Of a stretch of 64,000 nucleotides of DNA, positions 37,101 through 49,000 are shown one piece after another. The stretch covers positions 14,570,001-14,634,000 of the forward strand of contig JBHGNT010000006.1 of the NCBI GenBank assembly GCA_043228905.1. The letters run 5' to 3'. Numbering within the stretch: position 1 is the first letter of the stretch; each line of letters opens with the position of its first letter. The stretch is from Azolla caroliniana. Taxonomy: Eukaryota; Plantae; Polypodiophyta. A program made the position numbers and the translations under genes. Under the pieces are notes generated by a model that searched no databases, was not told the DNA's origin, and saw nothing but the letters and a program-made list of their open reading frames with translations.

Positions 37101-39636
37101 ATTACGACAAGCTGAGGATCTTCGGATGCGAGGCGTACGCCCTTATTCCGAAAGATGATCGCCGAAAACTTGCACCTCGGTCCAGGAAATGCATTTTCCT
37201 TGGATATGGATCCGACGGCGAAATGGGATACCGACTCTGGGACCCCGAACGCAGACAAATCGTTCGAAGTTCGGACGTTGTGTTCAACGAGTCGGCTATG
37301 AATCCATCAGTCGAAAAACCGATCGAAGTCCGAAGGGTAACATTTTCCGATGTGCCGACCCTTCAAGAAGGCCCCGCTCTCAACACACGGTCAGCTTCAC
37401 GGGTAGCTGAACCTTACACTACCGACTCGGACAACTCCGACTCGGCACAGCAGAACAATCCGCTTTCGGACCATCCGACCACGATACCCGATGCGACCAG
37501 TCCACTCATACCTCGACGATCCGAGAGACTGTCGCAACCTCCGGAGAGGTATTCTCCTGGAATTTTCTTCACCGACGCCGGCGAACCGACGTCTTACGAA
37601 GAAGCATCGACATCTGTCGATTCAGCCACCTGGCATCTGGCGATGGAGTCGGAAATGCACTCCATTCGGGCAAACAAGACTTGGGATCTGGTCGAATTAC
37701 CTAAGAATCGACGTGCTCTTCCTTGCAAGTGGGTTTATCGACTAAAAGAGACGTCTGATTCGACCACCCCAAAGTACAAGGCCAGATTAGTTGCGAAGGG
37801 CTTCCGACAAGAATATGGCGTCGACTTCGACGAGATTTTTTCACCAGTGGTGAAAATGACAACCCTTCGTTTCCTACTCGGCGTAGTGGCAGCCGACAAC
37901 TTGGAGCTGATTCAGCTAGATGTCAAAACAACCTTCCTCCATGGTGATCTTGAAGAGGAAATTTATATGGAGCAGCCAAAAGGCTTCGTAGCACCTGGCC
38001 AAGAACATCTAGTCTGCCGACTCAGGAAGAGTCTATACGGCCTCAAACAGGCACCGCGACAATGGTACAAGAAGTTCGACGACTTCATCCAATCGATCGG
38101 CTTCTCAAAAAGCGATGAGGACCATTGTCTTTTTACCAACACAACTCAAGATGGATCACCCATCTTCCTCATCATTTACGTGGACGACATGCTAATTTCT
38201 AGACGCCACGCGGGCGACCTTGCCGATCTCATTCGGCAACTGCGGTTGAAGTTTGCCATGAAGGACCTCGGTCCGGCACGACACATCCTTGGCATGAAGA
38301 TTAGTCGGCATCGCGATAAACGACATCTTTTTTTGTCTCAGACTGACTATATCGGACGTGTCTTGGAACGCTTCAACATGCAATCAGCCAAATCTGCTTC
38401 AACCCCGCTCCCCATGAATCTTCGGCTCTCTCAGCGAGACTGCCCGACATCCGGTTCGGAGGGGGAAGATATGAAGTCGGTACCGTATGCACCGGCAGTC
38501 GGCTCCCTTATGTACCTGATGGTCGCGACACGGCCTGATATTTCTCACGCCGTAGGAGTCGTTAGCAGATTTATGCACAATCCTGGCCGATCGCATTGGA
38601 ACGCAGTCAAGCATGTGTTCAGATATCTGGCTGGCACAAAAGACCACGGCATTCTTTTCGGTCCGAACCGAACCTCAGGCGTAGTCGGTTACACCGACTC
38701 GGACTTCGCCGGCTGTATAGACAGTCGGAAATCAACAACCGGATACTGCTTCAAATTCGGCAATGGAGCAATCTCGTGGAAGTCGAAACTTCAGGAGTGC
38801 ACAGCGACCTCAACGACCGAAGCAGAATATGTAGCTGCGTCCGACGCAGCAAAAGAAGCTTTGTGGCTCGGTCGGCTGGCGCACACGTTTCGACAAGTCG
38901 ACCATGACTCGGCTCCAGTTGTCTACAGCGACAGTCAAGGTGCTGTTGCCTTGTCGAAAAATCCGGTTCACCACAACGCCTCCAAACATATCGACGTTCG
39001 ATATCACTTCGTTCGGGACTGCGTCATTTCAGGGAAAATCGGTCTAGAGAAAATATCCACAACCGACAATGTCGCAGATGGAATGACCAAGTGTCTTTCG
39101 GCAGACCGCTTTCGGTCTCTTCGGCATCAGATGGGCGTAACGACAAACCAGTCCGGTTAGAGCCGGACACAGAGCAGGATGGTTCCCGACAACCGACATC
39201 AGTTTCTTAATGATCGGCTTCAACTATTCCGACCCGACCAGTTCGGTCTTCTGCCTTCGGACCCTGCCGACTCGAACAAAGCTGATATGTCCAAGAACCT
39301 AAGTCTATACCTGTAATCTTAGATAACCCATGTATACGCCCATTACGGGGGAGTGTCGAATACATGTGTATAATGGACGTATTCATACTATCCCGTTTTG
39401 GACATTTATGTAATTAGCATAAAGGGCAGTTGCCCTAAGTCGGTCACTATATATAGTGACCTTGTAACCTTTTTGTAAGGTTGGATGTTGTATTATTGCT
39501 TTATGGAATAAGTAGTCTTTTGTGTCTCTCTCTCTCTCTCTCTCTCTGTGCAACGATCTACAAACTGTCATACGCAGGTACTTAACAGCAGTCGAATGCT
39601 TCTTGATCTTCCGCACAGACGACATTGTCTCCAACA
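34199..39636 (+). mobile_element. Intact Ty1/Copia element D (Tnt1/Tork-like)
   Basis: 283-bp LTRs 34199-34481 and 39354-39636, identical by eye; perfect TSD GCGGA; PBS TGGTATCAGAGC at 34484; PPT GGGGGAG at 39347. Confidence 0.98.
35147..39160 (+). CDS. gag-pol: Copia gag-pol polyprotein, 1337 aa, uninterrupted
   Basis: CNYCKKPGHIKADC; WLLDSGASFH; HSDVCGP/RTDNGGEF/NGIAERMN; YVDDML; YTDSDFAG/TEAEY/ADGMTK. Confidence 0.97.
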   Translation: MASTSGSSEMSLRKFDGSNFNFWKEQMQDYLIVKGQIDPIENEEPPEGYKPIEWQKLDRIVRATIRMHLSESVYFTVQSCTTAFELWKTLSDTYEKKVAATKMFLIRRLYNLRMKESDSVQAHLNEYESISSQISSQGTAIEDELRAMILMSSLPSSWETFVTTVCNASTTVVKYSEVTSAILTEAARRKSFAKDSTDDAYVVQGSTDRSNIRGRDSSRPPNNQRRRSQSRDNRICNYCKKPGHIKADCRALKNKNNKKSGRHEEINYVSFSADVLPDDPNILSIENPVGSEVLLTTEESSTWLLDSGASFHVTPHRSQFRQYTIRHSDSVRVGNSQHCDIIGIGTVELNLAGGSTLVLHNVRHVPELSRPLISVGQLDEDGIRAGFSSGGWTLHRGNLLLARGPKIHSLYPLHVTLREGNLFLVDIPVSSLWHRRLGHLSKAGITHLSRAGYIPKLSFSDHQFCEHCQYGKQAAASHPTSAPRETRPLDLVHSDVCGPMPHQSLGGASYFVTFIDDSTRKVWAYPIRTKDRVFSIFSDWLAMVENQTDRKLKCFRTDNGGEFKSEEFVKFCRQRGIRREFTAPHSPEQNGIAERMNRTIQERIVSMLQQSGLSDGFWAEALLTAVHIINMSPSRPLGLQIPQELWIGSTPNYDKLRIFGCEAYALIPKDDRRKLAPRSRKCIFLGYGSDGEMGYRLWDPERRQIVRSSDVVFNESAMNPSVEKPIEVRRVTFSDVPTLQEGPALNTRSASRVAEPYTTDSDNSDSAQQNNPLSDHPTTIPDATSPLIPRRSERLSQPPERYSPGIFFTDAGEPTSYEEASTSVDSATWHLAMESEMHSIRANKTWDLVELPKNRRALPCKWVYRLKETSDSTTPKYKARLVAKGFRQEYGVDFDEIFSPVVKMTTLRFLLGVVAADNLELIQLDVKTTFLHGDLEEEIYMEQPKGFVAPGQEHLVCRLRKSLYGLKQAPRQWYKKFDDFIQSIGFSKSDEDHCLFTNTTQDGSPIFLIIYVDDMLISRRHAGDLADLIRQLRLKFAMKDLGPARHILGMKISRHRDKRHLFLSQTDYIGRVLERFNMQSAKSASTPLPMNLRLSQRDCPTSGSEGEDMKSVPYAPAVGSLMYLMVATRPDISHAVGVVSRFMHNPGRSHWNAVKHVFRYLAGTKDHGILFGPNRTSGVVGYTDSDFAGCIDSRKSTTGYCFKFGNGAISWKSKLQECTATSTTEAEYVAASDAAKEALWLGRLAHTFRQVDHDSAPVVYSDSQGAVALSKNPVHHNASKHIDVRYHFVRDCVISGKIGLEKISTTDNVADGMTKCLSADRFRSLRHQMGVTTNQSG

Positions 39637-40178
39637 GCGGACACCGCAGCAGAGGCAAACATCCGGGCCATTTTGGAAGAGGATTAACGGGATGGGTCCG
39701 ACGTGCCATGGCACTATCCCATAAGCGTGCCAGGTGTTGTCCGCCGGAATAGTAACCGGCGGACAAGAGCGTAGGAATAAGAAATAATATAAGATCATAA
39801 TGCATGTAACAGTTCACGTAGGAAGCGTGAACGGCTAAAAAGACCCTGCGTATATAAAGGGTAGAAAACCTGTAATAGAGGGAGCGTGTAATTTTGGGAA
39901 TGTAAGAAACGTCTCATAATAGAATTCTATCTTCTCTGATTCTCTATGTATAGTTACGGTTAATCCACTGTGTGTGTCTTGAGGACCTGAGCGTGTAAGA
40001 ACGGAAGTGTAACCCTTGCTAAGGATTCAGTTGTAGTCGTCCCCCTTATACGCCGATAGGTTACAAGGAACATTCCCCTACGCATTACGCTTAGACGCCT
40101 ATTCGTTGTTCCACACCAACTTGGAGGTCTAGGTCGAAGGACTGACCGCGAACCATGTTCCTAATCGGCAACACTCAG

Positions 40179-42780
40179 TCTGCCCATCTAACTGAGGATG
40201 ATCAAAAGAACTAAGACTCAAGGTTGTTTGTAGTTTCTGCATAACTTCTAACCAAAATGTACTTGTAAACTTGGAGTCTCGATCACTTACAATCTCCATT
40301 GGTAGACCATATAATCTATAAAGATTTCTAATAAACTTAATAGCCAATTGCTTTGCGATAATTGTGGATTTTGTTGGAATGAATCTTGCCATCTTGGTAG
40401 GCCGATCAACAACCACCCAAATGACATTATTTCCCTCAGTGGAACGAGGTAATCCAACTATGAAATCCATGGATATACTTTGCCACTTTTCAGATGGAAT
40501 ATCGAGGGTTGCAATAAGCCAACTTTTTTCTATCACTTGGCCTTAATGACCTGACATTGTGGACAACGTATGGCATAGGACTCTACCTTAGGTTTCATCT
40601 TTGGCTAGAAAAACCCAGCTTTAATCAAAGCTAATGTTCTTTGCACACCTAGATGTCCAGCAAAAGGGGCATCATGACATTCATACAAAATTTTATTGTT
40701 GATGCCCTTTATGTGTGGTATGCAAACCTTACTATTGCGGTACAATAACCCATTCGCAACATAGTAAAGGGTCTTCGGGGTAGATGTGTTTCCATAATCG
40801 ACGTCAATACCTATTTCAGCTCTCTTCCAGAACTTGGGAAATGTTCTGTCATCAAGATTTTTTTTTTACCCCGGATCAAATCAAATAAGTCGTCGTTAAA
40901 TTCTACAAAACTTAGGGCATTAATTTCTGGAATACGACTCAGGGCATCTGCAATGGAATTCAAAGCTCCTTTTCGATATCTAATTTCGAAATCGAAGTCT
41001 TGCATCAACTCCGCCTATCTTGCCTTTCGACCCTCAAAATTCTTTTGAAAGAGGAAGTATCGCAAGGATTTGTGGAACCTATTAAAAACTGTAAATTTAC
41101 TACCATACAAATAATGTCACCATTCTTTTGTTGAACCGAGTAATTTCTTTGGGCCGGATCCAATTTGTTGCTTTCAAAAGCAATTGGTCTCCCAAATTGA
41201 AATAATGCAGTCCCAATAGCATAATCACTTGCATCCGTCTCAACTTCAAATGTTTGATTTGGGTCAGTTATAGCTAAAGTAGGTGCATTCACAATTAATG
41301 AATTCAACTTATTGAAGGTTTCTTCAAGAGAGGCATTCCACTCAATAGGTTTCGTAGACTTTCTTGTAATACCCTTCAATAGGTCTGTAAATGGTGTAGT
41401 GTAGGATGAATAGTTTTGAAGAGATCTTCTTAGGAATCCAACAAATCCTAAGAAAGATCGTAGATCCTTAACATTTGAAGGTCGTGGCTAATTTAATATT
41501 GCTTCTATCTTAGATTTATCGATAGAAACACCCGACCTAGATATATGGCGTCGAACATACGCAATTTCCTTTTGAAAAAAATCACATTTAGATAGTTTGG
41601 CAAATAGCTTGTATTCATGAAGCTTGTCCAAAACTATTCAGCAATGACACGCATGATCCTCAAATGTGTTACTATATACCATAATTTCATCAAGGAATAC
41701 GACCACGAAATCGCCTAGCTGATCTCTGAATATATCATTCATGAATTGCTAGAATGTGGTTGGAGCATCAATCAACCCAAATGGTAGAACCCGAAACTCA
41801 TAATGACCATAATGAGTTCGGAAAGTTGTTTTGGAAACATCTTTATCCGAAAGTTACCCTGATCTGATGATAGCCAAAGCGCAAGTCTATCTTGGTGAAA
41901 TATCGTGCACTTTGGAGTCTATCTATCAAGTCATCAGAACGAGGCAAAGGGTAGGAATTGTGAATGGTGAGTTTATTCAAACCCTAGTAATTTACACACA
42001 TTCGCTAAGTTCCATCCTTCTTCTTGCCCAAGATGACGAGAGCTCCCCATGGCGATTTGTTGTACCAGATGTGTCCCATCCTCAAGTACTCCTTGCTTTG
42101 TTGGGCAATTTCATCATCTTCAGTTCAACTCAACCGATAAGGGGGTATGCTCATAGATTTAGCACCTAGGACCAAGTTTATCTTATGTTCTATAGACCGA
42201 GGAGGTAATCCTTGAGGTAACTTATCTAGGAATAAGTCCTTAAAATGCAACAAGATGTCATGTAGAGCATCTTTCTCAAAATCATCCAATGAACTCTTAT
42301 CTACAAATTGATACAAAGGATCATTGGGCTGTAATATACACGCATAAAATTGTGCATCAACATTTCGATCATAAGTATAAAGATGATTAACAGACATTAA
42401 ATTGTTTATCGCAATCCCATGAATAAAAACTTGTTGGTTGTTATTTCCTTCAAAAGAAATAGTATGATTCGACCAATCGATATCAAGACTATGTCTATTA
42501 TAAAACCATATGTAACCAAGAACTACATCTACCGTTCGTAAACGCCTTACATGAAGTGTAGTTATTTATTACTACGGGTACATCATGTGCAATTAATGAA
42601 TGCCTTTGGACATGGCCTCCTGTAGTAAGGACTTTGTAGTCGTGGTCACTTTTGGTTGTTTTTATTTGTAACATCTGCACCATATTAGAGACAAGAAAAT
42701 TATGAGTGCCACCACAGTCAAATAGTATAGTTACACTTTGATTGTGGATAGTCCCATAAGTTTTTGTAATACATTAGAAC
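40179..42780 (-). pseudogene. Element A pol (protease-RT-RNase H-integrase N-part), degenerate
   Basis: [43 protein letters not shown] motifs in ORF fragments 41005..41379, 40811..41008 and 40129..40536. Confidence 0.9.
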
Positions 42781-42838
42781 TAACGGAATTCAAATAATTC
42801 AAGAACATACTTGGATTATTGGAAGTTGATGGATTTCT

Positions 42839-44500
42839 TTACGGATTGTTGGAGTTACCGCTCTCCTTTCTCCGCCTACACTTGTTGGCTTTTTGCCCAG
42901 GCTTCTTACAAAAGTTGAAGATTATTACCCGCCTTTTAGGATTGTCGTTGTCGCGAAAATACGACGAGGATACGTGAACGTTGAGGAAAAGAAAAACAAT
43001 ATAATATCTGGAGAGAGCATGAGTGTAGGAAAAAAAATGGAATTTTATATGGAGTTCTCCCTTGATCATCTGCATGTCCACTTTTTGTTGCATTGCCTCT
43101 ACTTTTAGTTGCTTAACTTTTTCTTTTAGTTGCATCTTTTTTTAGTTGCATGGCTTTTTCGTTTAGTTGCATGTGACTGTCCACATGACCTTTACTTTTT
43201 GCATGCACTCCAACTTTAGTTGCTTGCGTCCACATGGCCTTTACTTTAGTTCTCTTCACTTTACTTTAGTTTGTTGCATGATCCAATCTTCCGTCCGTCC
43301 GCGTCCAACCTCGTCCGGTAGCCGGTTCCGCCCTATCGCCGAATCCCTCGCCGACCGGTTCCATTTTTCTTGTCGGCCGGTTCCGATTCCGATTTTGCTT
43401 GCCGGCCAGTTCCAGTTCCAGTTTTCTTGCCGGTTGTGGTTCCAGTTTTGCTTACCAGCCGGTTTCCCGATTCCGGTTTTGCTTGCCGGCTGGTTCCGGT
43501 TCCGGTTTTGCTTGCCGGCCGGTTCCGGTTCCGGTTTGCTTGCTGGTTCCGGTTCCGGTTTTGCTTACCAGCCGATTTCCGGTTTGCATACCGGCCGGTT
43601 TCCGGTTCCGGTTCCAGTTTTGCTTACCGGCCTGTTTTTGGTTTGCATACCGGCCGGTTTCCGGATTTGTTTACTGGCCAGTTTCCGGTTTTAGGGAATT
43701 TGGCCACCATCATCCATCAAGACAAAGTGGCCAAAGTGCTCTTAGCACAAATGGAAAATGAGGGAGCTCAAGGTGCTTATATAGCCAGGGCCTTAACTTT
43801 CCTATCTATGTGGGATAGTTCTAATTTCCCTATCTTCTCAAACTTTATTTTCACATAACTTGATATGTATTTCTCCATTTTGTATATAGTAAAATACGTT
43901 TTGAAGCTCTTGAGTATATCCATCTTTCTATAGTAAGCTACTAATCTAATCTATAATAATTAATTCATTATTTTTTTACATAGTGTGTGAAGATTCACAC
44001 GACATCGCCTTGACCTATCAGAGAAGATTGGTATCTACGTTTACCGCTTTCTCCTTCTGACTCTTTTGGTTGGTAATGAGCTTTTGTGTCAAATAGAATG
44101 TTGGCACGTTCCATCGCTTCTCCCAAAGTCTTGGGTTGATGAGCGTGGATCTCATAATGAAAATCTTTAGTATGGAAACTATTAATATACAATCCTATCA
44201 ATATTTCCTCATTAGAAGCAGATAATAGTTCATGCTTTGTTATCAAGTCGTCGAAATACTGATTGAATTGGTCAATAGTTCTACCCTTATCTGACAAGTG
44301 AGGCTTCCATCGGTTTATCCAATTGCTCACAAAGTCGTGGTTGTGTTGCTTATCGCTTCTCGAGAACTGTTGAGGAGTAAATGAAGGCTTCTTCGTAGTG
44401 CTTGATGTGGAAGCGTGTGCCTTCAACTCCAAAATTTGTTGTTGAAGGTTTTCAAACTGATGCCTATTGGCCTCAAGAAGCCCTTCAAGTTAACGTAGTT
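42839..44500 (-). pseudogene. Element A gag, interrupted by a ~1-kb insertion
   Basis: ORF 43995..44432 is gag-like (P.QF.....WI.RW, PKTLGEAME.A); degenerate zinc knuckle FCKKPGQKANKC at ~42880-42915. Confidence 0.7.
42979..43986. mobile_element. ~1-kb insertion in element A gag, probable solo LTR, with CCGGTT-rich degenerate repeats (43310-43690)
   Basis: Flanked by GTGAA (42974-42978, 43987-43991); starts (C/T)GTTGAG and has ...TTTTACA at 43980; ends are imperfect. Confidence 0.45.
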
Positions 44501-46023
44501 GTGACCATTGTCATTGAGTTTACAATATTGTCTTGTGTTTTACGGAAATCATCCCCGTGGCAAATTGGATATCGTCGTTAATATCCGCATCATGGACTGG
44601 AGATATTGGTCGGTCGTCCTCATCTCACATAGGAGAAATTGGATGACCTTGACGGGTGGGAGATGTGGGATGTGTCGAAAAACGTCGATGGTTGGGAGAT
44701 ATGTGATGTGTGGAATTGCGAGAGGAGGAAGCCATGAAAAATAAGGAGAGTTGAGAGAGTAAAGAAAGAAGTATACTAAAGTCTAAAGTACTAAAGTGTG
44801 TTATAAAAGACTTTAGAATTTGGATGAGGAAGCGAAGAGTGATAGATCATGAGTCGGTGAGTAATAAAGATCCCCCTAGATATGTCCAATTTAGGCATTT
44901 TTCTCCTTTTCATGTATAGGGATTCCTAGATTAGACATTAGGAGTAATACCTTCCCTTTTAGGAAGTCGGCGATGAGAAGTCGGTGATGAGAAGTTGGTG
45001 ACCACCTCTCTAAGGTTAATCTCTTGAATGCCTCCAAACTAGGAAATTCTCCCTTTTTAGTTATGAGAATTCCTAGTTTAGATTTTAGGGATAAACATCC
45101 TCGGTTTGGAAGTCGGTGGAGATAGTACTTAGGTGACTTCCTTCAAAATCAGTGTACTAACCAAATAATGGTAATGATCATGCCAATAAGGATGATCTCT
45201 TCACTCACCATCCCAATATTCTTCCCATCCATCTCATAGTCAGGATCCCCTCTTAAATACTAATTATTTTTCTTATCCCTCTCCTTCGCATCGATTAATA
45301 AATCATGATTATCTTATCCTTATAATCATATAATCATCCTTATAATCAACTATATAATCATCCATATAATTCAAACGCACCCATAGTGATGGATAATTAT
45401 AGCCCTAAATGATATAATCATAAGGTCGATGATCAATTTGATTATTGACATTCAACGATCATCACCCTAATTCTATTAGCCAATTTTAATAATGTTGATT
45501 ACAAATGATCATTATCCATATATATGATGATCATCAATTATTTGATCAAAATTAGAGGATCAAGCATCACCTATAGTATATTAGGTGGCCGACCTCTTGA
45601 GATGCAATCTCCACACGTAAGGCCACCTCATGGGCATGGCCATCTTGATCAAGAGGGGTATACAAAAAATAAATAAAAGAATATTTATGGTTCTTTTATT
45701 TTAATAAATATATATGGTGCTTTTATTTTAATAAATATATATTGAATATTGAAATGTATAAACACATATTATTATTAATAAATAACCCTAATTTTATAAA
45801 ACTCTTTTTTTCTTTTACTAACCCCTTGCTTTTTGGTCCATCAGTGGATTGAACTCAAAGCCTTTCTCAAGGTTATGAAATGAATATACTAACAAACCAA
45901 TCACACAGATCTTAACGTTAAACCCTCAATATTTTTATTATACATCAACACTGCACATCAACACATCACCGCAAAAGAACTCTCTGTGGCATTTTTGACA
46001 CTCCCCCAATCCATTGTCTAACA

Positions 46024-49000
46024 TGAAAGGAATACCGTTCCCTAAGCTATGCTCAGCCACAATCGAGACGTCGGATCAAGCACAGAAAACAAGGATGTGG
46101 TGAGATGTATTTATGCACGAAACAGTAAAGAAGAGAGTGCACTGGAAAACCCAAATCTGGGAAAAACCATGACAGCCCTCAGACTGCAAAATATCACTAT
46201 ATCAAGATTACAATAATGGGGCACGGAGGCAACGACCTCTTGCTCCCTCGCTTTGCCACTAGGCGGTTACAATAGAGGCAACAACCTCTTCTTCTCTCTC
46301 TCTCTTCTCTGTACACGGTTACGCTCTGAATTATAGCCACAACGATAATAATACAACCAACTCTACATCATACAATTAAGTTTGCCCTAGGTCATATTTA
46401 TACTAATATGACTTTCGGGTTATTTACAAATATAGCCTCAGTGATACCTATGTTGGATGTGCTTCATCCTGGAATGGTACGCTGCGTTCTTAACAGGGTG
46501 GATGGCACTTTGACTGTCGCAATAGAGCCGGTATTCATCTTACCGGATACCGAGCTCACCGATGAAGTCCTTCATCCATAATATTTTCTTGCCGGCTTCC
46601 ACAGCCACCATGTACTCCGCCTCCGTGGTTGACAACGCAACCATCCTCTACAGCCTCGATTGCCACGAAACAGCTCCCCCTGCATATGTCATTACATACC
46701 CGGATGTAGACTGGCTGGTATCCACATTAGCGGACATGTCCGAATCGGTCAAACCGTCAAATTGAGGTTTACCGGAGCCGAATCAGAGACACATATTCGA
46801 AGTGCCCTTCAAGTACCAAAGTATCCATTTGACCGCGTTCCAGTGCTCCTTGCCGGGATTGCTCATAAACCGGCTCACCACTCCGACTGCGTATCCAATA
46901 TCCGGTCGAGTACACACCATTGCGTACATTAAGCTCCCAACGGCAGAAACATATGGAACCTTCATCATATCTGCCTTCTCTGCTTTCGTCTTCGGGCTTT
47001 GCTTACCGGATAGTCTGCAGTTTGTCGGGAGTGTCGATCTGACCGGTTTTGCTTCTAACATATTGGACCGCTGAAGCACCTTTGTCACGTATTTCTCATG
47101 TGACAACCACAATTTCTTCTTTGACCGGTTCCGGATGATGTGCATCCCCAGTATCTGTCTTGCCAGGCCCAAGTCTTTCATTGCGAAGGTTCGATTGAGA
47201 GCCTTCTTCAGCATCTGTATTTTGGCTTGGTCTCGTCCGACGATCAACATGTCGTCCATGTACAAAACGAGTATCAGGAAGTCGTCTCCTTCGAACTTCT
47301 TTACAAACACGTGGTGATCGGTTTGCATTTTGTGATACCCTTGGTCAGTCATGAAGGAGTCAAACTTCCGGTACCATTGTCGGGGAGCCTGCTTCAGTCT
47401 GTATAGGTTCTTCTTCAACCGGCAAACCAGGTGCTCCTTCCCTTTCTCAACAAATCCTTCCGGTTGTTGCATGTAGATCTCCTCTTCGAGGTCACCGTGA
47501 AGGAATATTGTCTTCACGTCCAGCTGCTCTACCTCGAGTTCCATGCTTGCCGCTATACTCAGCACCGTCCGGATGGAAGTCATCTTTACTACTGGGGCAA
47601 ATATCTTGTCGAAGTCCACACCCTTCTTCTGCTGGAACCCCTTCACCACGGTCCTGGCTTTGTATCTCGGGGGTTTGCCGGTGTCTCCCGGTTTCAACTT
47701 GTACACCCACTTATTTCGGAGTGCCCGCTTTTCTTTCGGCAACTCCACCAATTCGTACGTATGGTTCTCATGCAGGGAATCCATTTGCGGTTGTGGGGGT
47801 CATCCTTCGCTTCTTCGAAGCTTTCCGGCTCTCCCTCATCTGTTAGTAGCACATGCTCTGCATCCGGAAATCTCTGGGGGGGCCTTCTCTCTTTGAGAGG
47901 ATATCTCCGTCTTTGGCCTTCGGCAACCGGCTCCACTATTTGTTCTTCATCCAAATCTAATTCAGGGTCTTGGCCGGTTCCGATTTTAGCTTCCTCTACT
48001 TCTTCTTCTGCCGGTTCGGTATCCTCACCGTAACCGGCTGGTTCCTCGAGTGTCAACCAGCTCTTAGCCGGGTGGGTCCGAATCTCATCGGAGTTCATTA
48101 TCTTCTTCTCCGACTCCTAGTCGGCAAGAGTCTTGTCCTCCATGAAGATAATATCTCGGCTCCGGAAAACCTTCTTGTCAACCGGATCCCACACTCGGTA
48201 GCCGAACTCATCATCGTCGTAACCGAGGAATATGCATGGCCAGGTCTTCGGATCTAACTTTCCTCTCCGGTCCTTACCAACATGCATGTACGCGAGACAC
48301 CCGAACACCTTCAGATGCTGGTAGGACCCTTCCTTACCGATCCACACCTTTTGCGGTGTGTCTCCATCCAAGGGCACTGAGGGTGATCTGTTTATCACAT
48401 ACGTCGCTGTCGATAGCGCCTCAGCCCAGAATGTATTGGGTAATTTTCCATGCGCCAGCACTCTCCAGACCCTCTCCATTATGGTTTGGCTCATCCTCTC
48501 GGCCAGCCCGTTTAGTTCCGGCGTCTTCGGCATGGTAAATTCGAGCCGGATTCCCTTCGAGCGATAGTACTCCTCGAACTGCCCCAGGTATTCACCTCCG
48601 TTTCTGCTCGAACCGCCTTCAACTTCCGGCCGGTTTCTCTTTCTACTCTCATGTGGAGCTCTTTGAAGACGGATAGCACCTGATCCTTCGTCTTCCACGG
48701 TGTGGCCCACATCTTCCAGTTGTGGTCATCTATGAATGTCACGAAGTACTGCGATCCGGCATGTGACTTCGTGTCCACTTGACACACATTAGTTTGCACC
48801 AACTCCATTGGTGCATTACTTCTCATCGGTGGCCTTGAGCGGAAAGAGGTTCGGTTTTGCTTACCGGCTAGGCAGTCGGTGCACCTCTCAAGGTGCACGT
48901 TCTTCACTGGAATGAGGTTGTCATCGGCAAGCCTCTTCATCCCCTTGACACTCATGTGACATAGTCTCTTGTGCCACAGCTCACTGGAAATGTCGGAAGC

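Larger units (their letters stand above)
1902..40173 (+). mobile_element. Non-chromoviral Ty3/Gypsy element (Athila/Phygy-like; element B) with an extra 3' ORF
   Basis: LTRs 1902-2338 and 39735-40173 (TGTTG...CAACA); TSD GTCAG (1897-1901) / CTCAG (40174-40178); PBS TGGCACGCTTGGTG at 2343; gag-PR-RT-RH-INT order with no chromodomain. Confidence 0.92.

Noticed and set aside
39657-39732. A full tRNA gene ending in CCA before the 3' LTR
   Set aside because: No recognisable D or T loop (no GTTCRA); only the last ~16 nt resemble a tRNA 3' end
43167-43858. Overlapping Pro/Gly/Phe-rich ORFs
   Set aside because: Produced by CCGGTT repeats that lack stop codons
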